A DNA stretch of 64,000 nt, from contig NW_024704743.1 in NCBI RefSeq assembly GCF_018977255.1, positions 46,130,001 to 46,194,000 on the forward strand. Reading direction: 5' to 3'. Each line of letters opens with the position of its first letter. Positions within the stretch are counted from its first letter, which is position 1. This document shows positions 61,335 to 64,000 of the stretch, in pieces. Both the position numbers and the translations under genes were made by a program. The stretch comes from Callorhinchus milii (taxonomy: Eukaryota). The notes beneath the pieces are model-generated. The model had not been told where the DNA came from and did not search any database. It saw only the letters and a list, made by a program, of their open reading frames with translations.

Positions 61335-62348
61335 TATTGGTAGGGGGTTAGGAGGTTGCAGAGGTAGGTTGGGGTGAGGCCATGGAGGGCTTTGTAGGTG
61401 AGGACCAGGATCTTGAAGGATAGGGAGCCAATGGAGTTGGGCGAGAATGGAGGAGATGGGGTCACGGAGTTTGGTGATGGAGAAGACACGGGCTGCAGAG
61501 TTCTAGATTATCTGCAGCCTGTGGAGGGAGGAGTTGGGAAGGCCGACAAGCAGGGCTTTTGCATAGTCGAGCCTGGAAATGATGAAGGCATGAACAAGAG
61601 TTTCAGTGGCCTGAGGGGTGAGGTAGTGGCGGAGTCGGGCGATGTTATGGAGTTGAGGGAAGGCAGAGCGGGTCATGGCTTGGATGTGGGGAAGAAAAGA
61701 CAGTTGAGAGTCGAACAAGACACCTGGGTTCCTGACTGGCTGGTGAGTTGAAGTGTGCAACCATGGAGGTTGATGCTGCCAGAGCCTGAGGTGCTGATGC
61801 ACTGGCACGAGCCAATCAGGAGGGCCTCAGTCTTGTTCACATTCAACTGTAGGAAGTTTGCCCTCATCCAGGACTTGATGTCCGACAGACAGTCTGTCAG
61901 GACAGCAGTGGTACTGGAGTTGAGGGTGGAGGCAGAAAGATAGAGTTGGGTGTCATCCGCATACATATGGAAGTTGACCCCATGTCTGTGGATGATGTCA
62001 CCGAGGGGGAGCATATAGGTATTAAAGAGGAGAGGGCCAAGGACAGAGCCGTGGGGGACACCAGATGTGACAGTGCGGGGGCTGGAGGAGAAACTGTTAG
62101 AGGCAACAAAGTGGAGACGATGAGAGAGATAGGAATCGAACCAGGTAAGGGCAGATCCGCAAAAATTAAGTAAAGAGGAGAGGCGGTGCATGAGGATGGA
62201 GTGGTTGACAGTGTCGAAGGTGGCAGAGAGATCGAGGAGGACAAGAGGCAGAGGGAACCCTGATCACAGATGTTCAAAATGTCATTAGTGACTTTGACCA
62301 GGGCTATTTCTGTGCTGTGGGCAGCGCGGAAGCCGGATTGGAGGGGTC
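61335..62348 (-). mobile_element. L2 RT/3' fragment
   Basis: ORF 61673-62191: [41 protein letters not shown]. Older plus-strand L2 scraps flank it (about 61005-61265 and 62360-62610). Confidence 0.92.
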
Positions 62349-62924
62349 GCTCAGCTAACAGTGGCCTGCCTCATGCCCCTGCTCTATCCGCCCACCATTG
62401 GTTGACAGGCTTTTAGCCATTCAGCCCCTGCTTTCTGGAACTCCATCTCAGAGTCCGTCTGCCTTCCTCCCTCCTCTCTTCAAGGTAATCTCAATACATC
62501 CCTCTTCAATGGTCATCTTTTCCCTCTCCAACCCCATCGACTCTCTCCCCCAGCTCGGGTGACCATCCAGCAATGACATGAGATCCTCCTGACATGAAAG
62601 GTGTTAAACGTAACCAGTATTTATTGTAATTGTATTTATTGTAATCCAAGTTTGTACGATGTACCTGAACAAATGTACCTGAATGTAACTTTTCCAGTTC
62701 AGCTTTTAATATAGGGTTGTTTAATTAAATGTTAGATTATGGAGTGCTGATAAATAATCTTTTCTTCATTGTTAACATATTGAAAGATTTTCCACATAAT
62801 CAGTTCTAATTTATAGGTTGTGTTAACCATGTGCAAAAGTCTCTGAACAATATCCTTAACCTCGAAAATCTCTCGAATCTTCCAACTTTTTGTTTGGCTT
62901 CTGGAATGTGAGTGAATCATTGAC

Positions 62925-63870
62925 ATAACAACAACAGAATTACATTTGTATAGCGACTTTCATGTTGGGAAGACGTCCCAAGGTGCTGGACAATCAGTGT
63001 TTCGGACCCGAACTGTGGGTCGGGATCAGGGAGGGTGGAGGGCAGGCGGGGAAGCAGGGTGACAGAAAGCATGGTCAAACAGGAGGGTTTTGAAGGAGGC
63101 AAGACGCTGACAGGAGCCAATCAGGAGAGCCTCAATCTTGTTGATGTTCAATTGTAGAAAGTTAGCTCTAATCCAGGACTTGATGTCTGACAGACATTCA
63201 GTCAGGACAGCAGTGGTCCTGGAGTCAAGGTTGGAGGCAGAGAAGTACAGTTAGGTGTCATCCACATACACGTGAAAATTGACCCCATGTCTGCAGATGT
63301 CACCAAGAGGGAGCATATAGATAGTGAAGAGGAGGAGATCAAAGATAGAGCTCTGAGTAACAGCACACAGGACATTGCGGGGGCTAGAGGAGAAACCATT
63401 TATGGAGATGAAGTGGAGATGGTGTGAAAAGTAGGATCTGAACCATTCAAGGACAGAATCATGAAGGTTGAGGTGAGAGGAGAGGCAGTGGAGGAGAATA
63501 GAGTGGTCAACGGCATTGAAGGCAGCAGAGAAGTCAAGGAGGACGAGGAGGCAGAGGGAGTCCTGGTTGCAGATGGACAAAAAACAGGGCTGTTTCCTTG
63601 CTGTGGGCAGCATGGAAACCTGATTGGAGGGGTTCGTGCAGGGGGTGGTGGGAGACGAAGGAGCAATGACTCATTCCAGGACCTTGGAAAGGAAAGGGAG
63701 GTTGGAGATGGGGCAGTAATTTGAGAGCAGTTCTGACGAAGGGTCATGGACCTAAAACCTTGGCCCACTTTTCTTTCTCCATAGATGCTGCCTGACCTGC
63801 TGAGTGTTCCCAGCGATCACTGTTTTTGTTTTTGAACTTGAGAGCAGGGATGGGTCTAGGGAGGGTAACC
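62925..63870 (-). mobile_element. L2 fragment with internal deletion, interrupted at 63731-63837
   Basis: LLDFSAAFNAVDH and FHVYVDDT; tail at 62925-62990. Confidence 0.88.
63731..63837 (+). mobile_element. Penelope-like element terminal fragment containing a degenerate hammerhead motif
   Basis: ctgacga-agggtcatggacct-aaaac followed by 'ctccatagatgctgcctgacctgctgag'; flanked by direct repeat ttgagagcag (63721-63730 and 63838-63847). Confidence 0.65.
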
Positions 63871-64000
63871 TAAGAACATAAGAATTGCTAGATGAAAGAA
63901 GACCAAGGTCCACCCAGTTAGCCTTTGACCATCCTAGCAGTCACATGCACATGTCATGTCCCAAATGATATACTGTATTCCAAGATATTATTTTCTAAAA

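Noticed and set aside
61619..61630. let-7-like seed 'tgaggtagt'
   Set aside because: Lies within antisense L2 coding sequence, with no matching mature miRNA or hairpin.

Overview
This is vertebrate nuclear DNA, not prokaryotic. The mix of abundant C-rich L2 LINEs, CR1 fragments, tRNA-headed Deu-domain SINEs and a Penelope-like terminal fragment points to a cartilaginous fish, plausibly a chimaera such as the elephant shark (an inference from repeat content only). The window looks intronic or intergenic and much of it is decayed retroelement. It holds one near-full-length but dead L2, many 5'-truncated L2s including a young near-identical subfamily, at least three SINE families (two sharing the L2 3' stem-loop), CR1, RTE-like and Gypsy-like relics, and two hAT MITEs with 8-bp TSDs. 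Almost all ORFs in the supplied track are transposon fragments or noise. No gene could be named. A few short exon-like segments with canonical splice signals exist: the best is a 171-nt symmetric candidate on the minus strand at 24119-24289, plus a frame-compatible chain of tiny plus-strand candidates at 6314-26943. The most interesting observations are a hammerhead-motif Penelope-like insert with a TSD inside an L2, a CORE+Deu composite SINE with a young deletion subfamily, a three-copy highly structured A-tailed repeat I cannot assign, and a minisatellite split by repeated retro-insertions. I found no solid evidence for a wholly new biological system. Most repeat boundaries are approximate.
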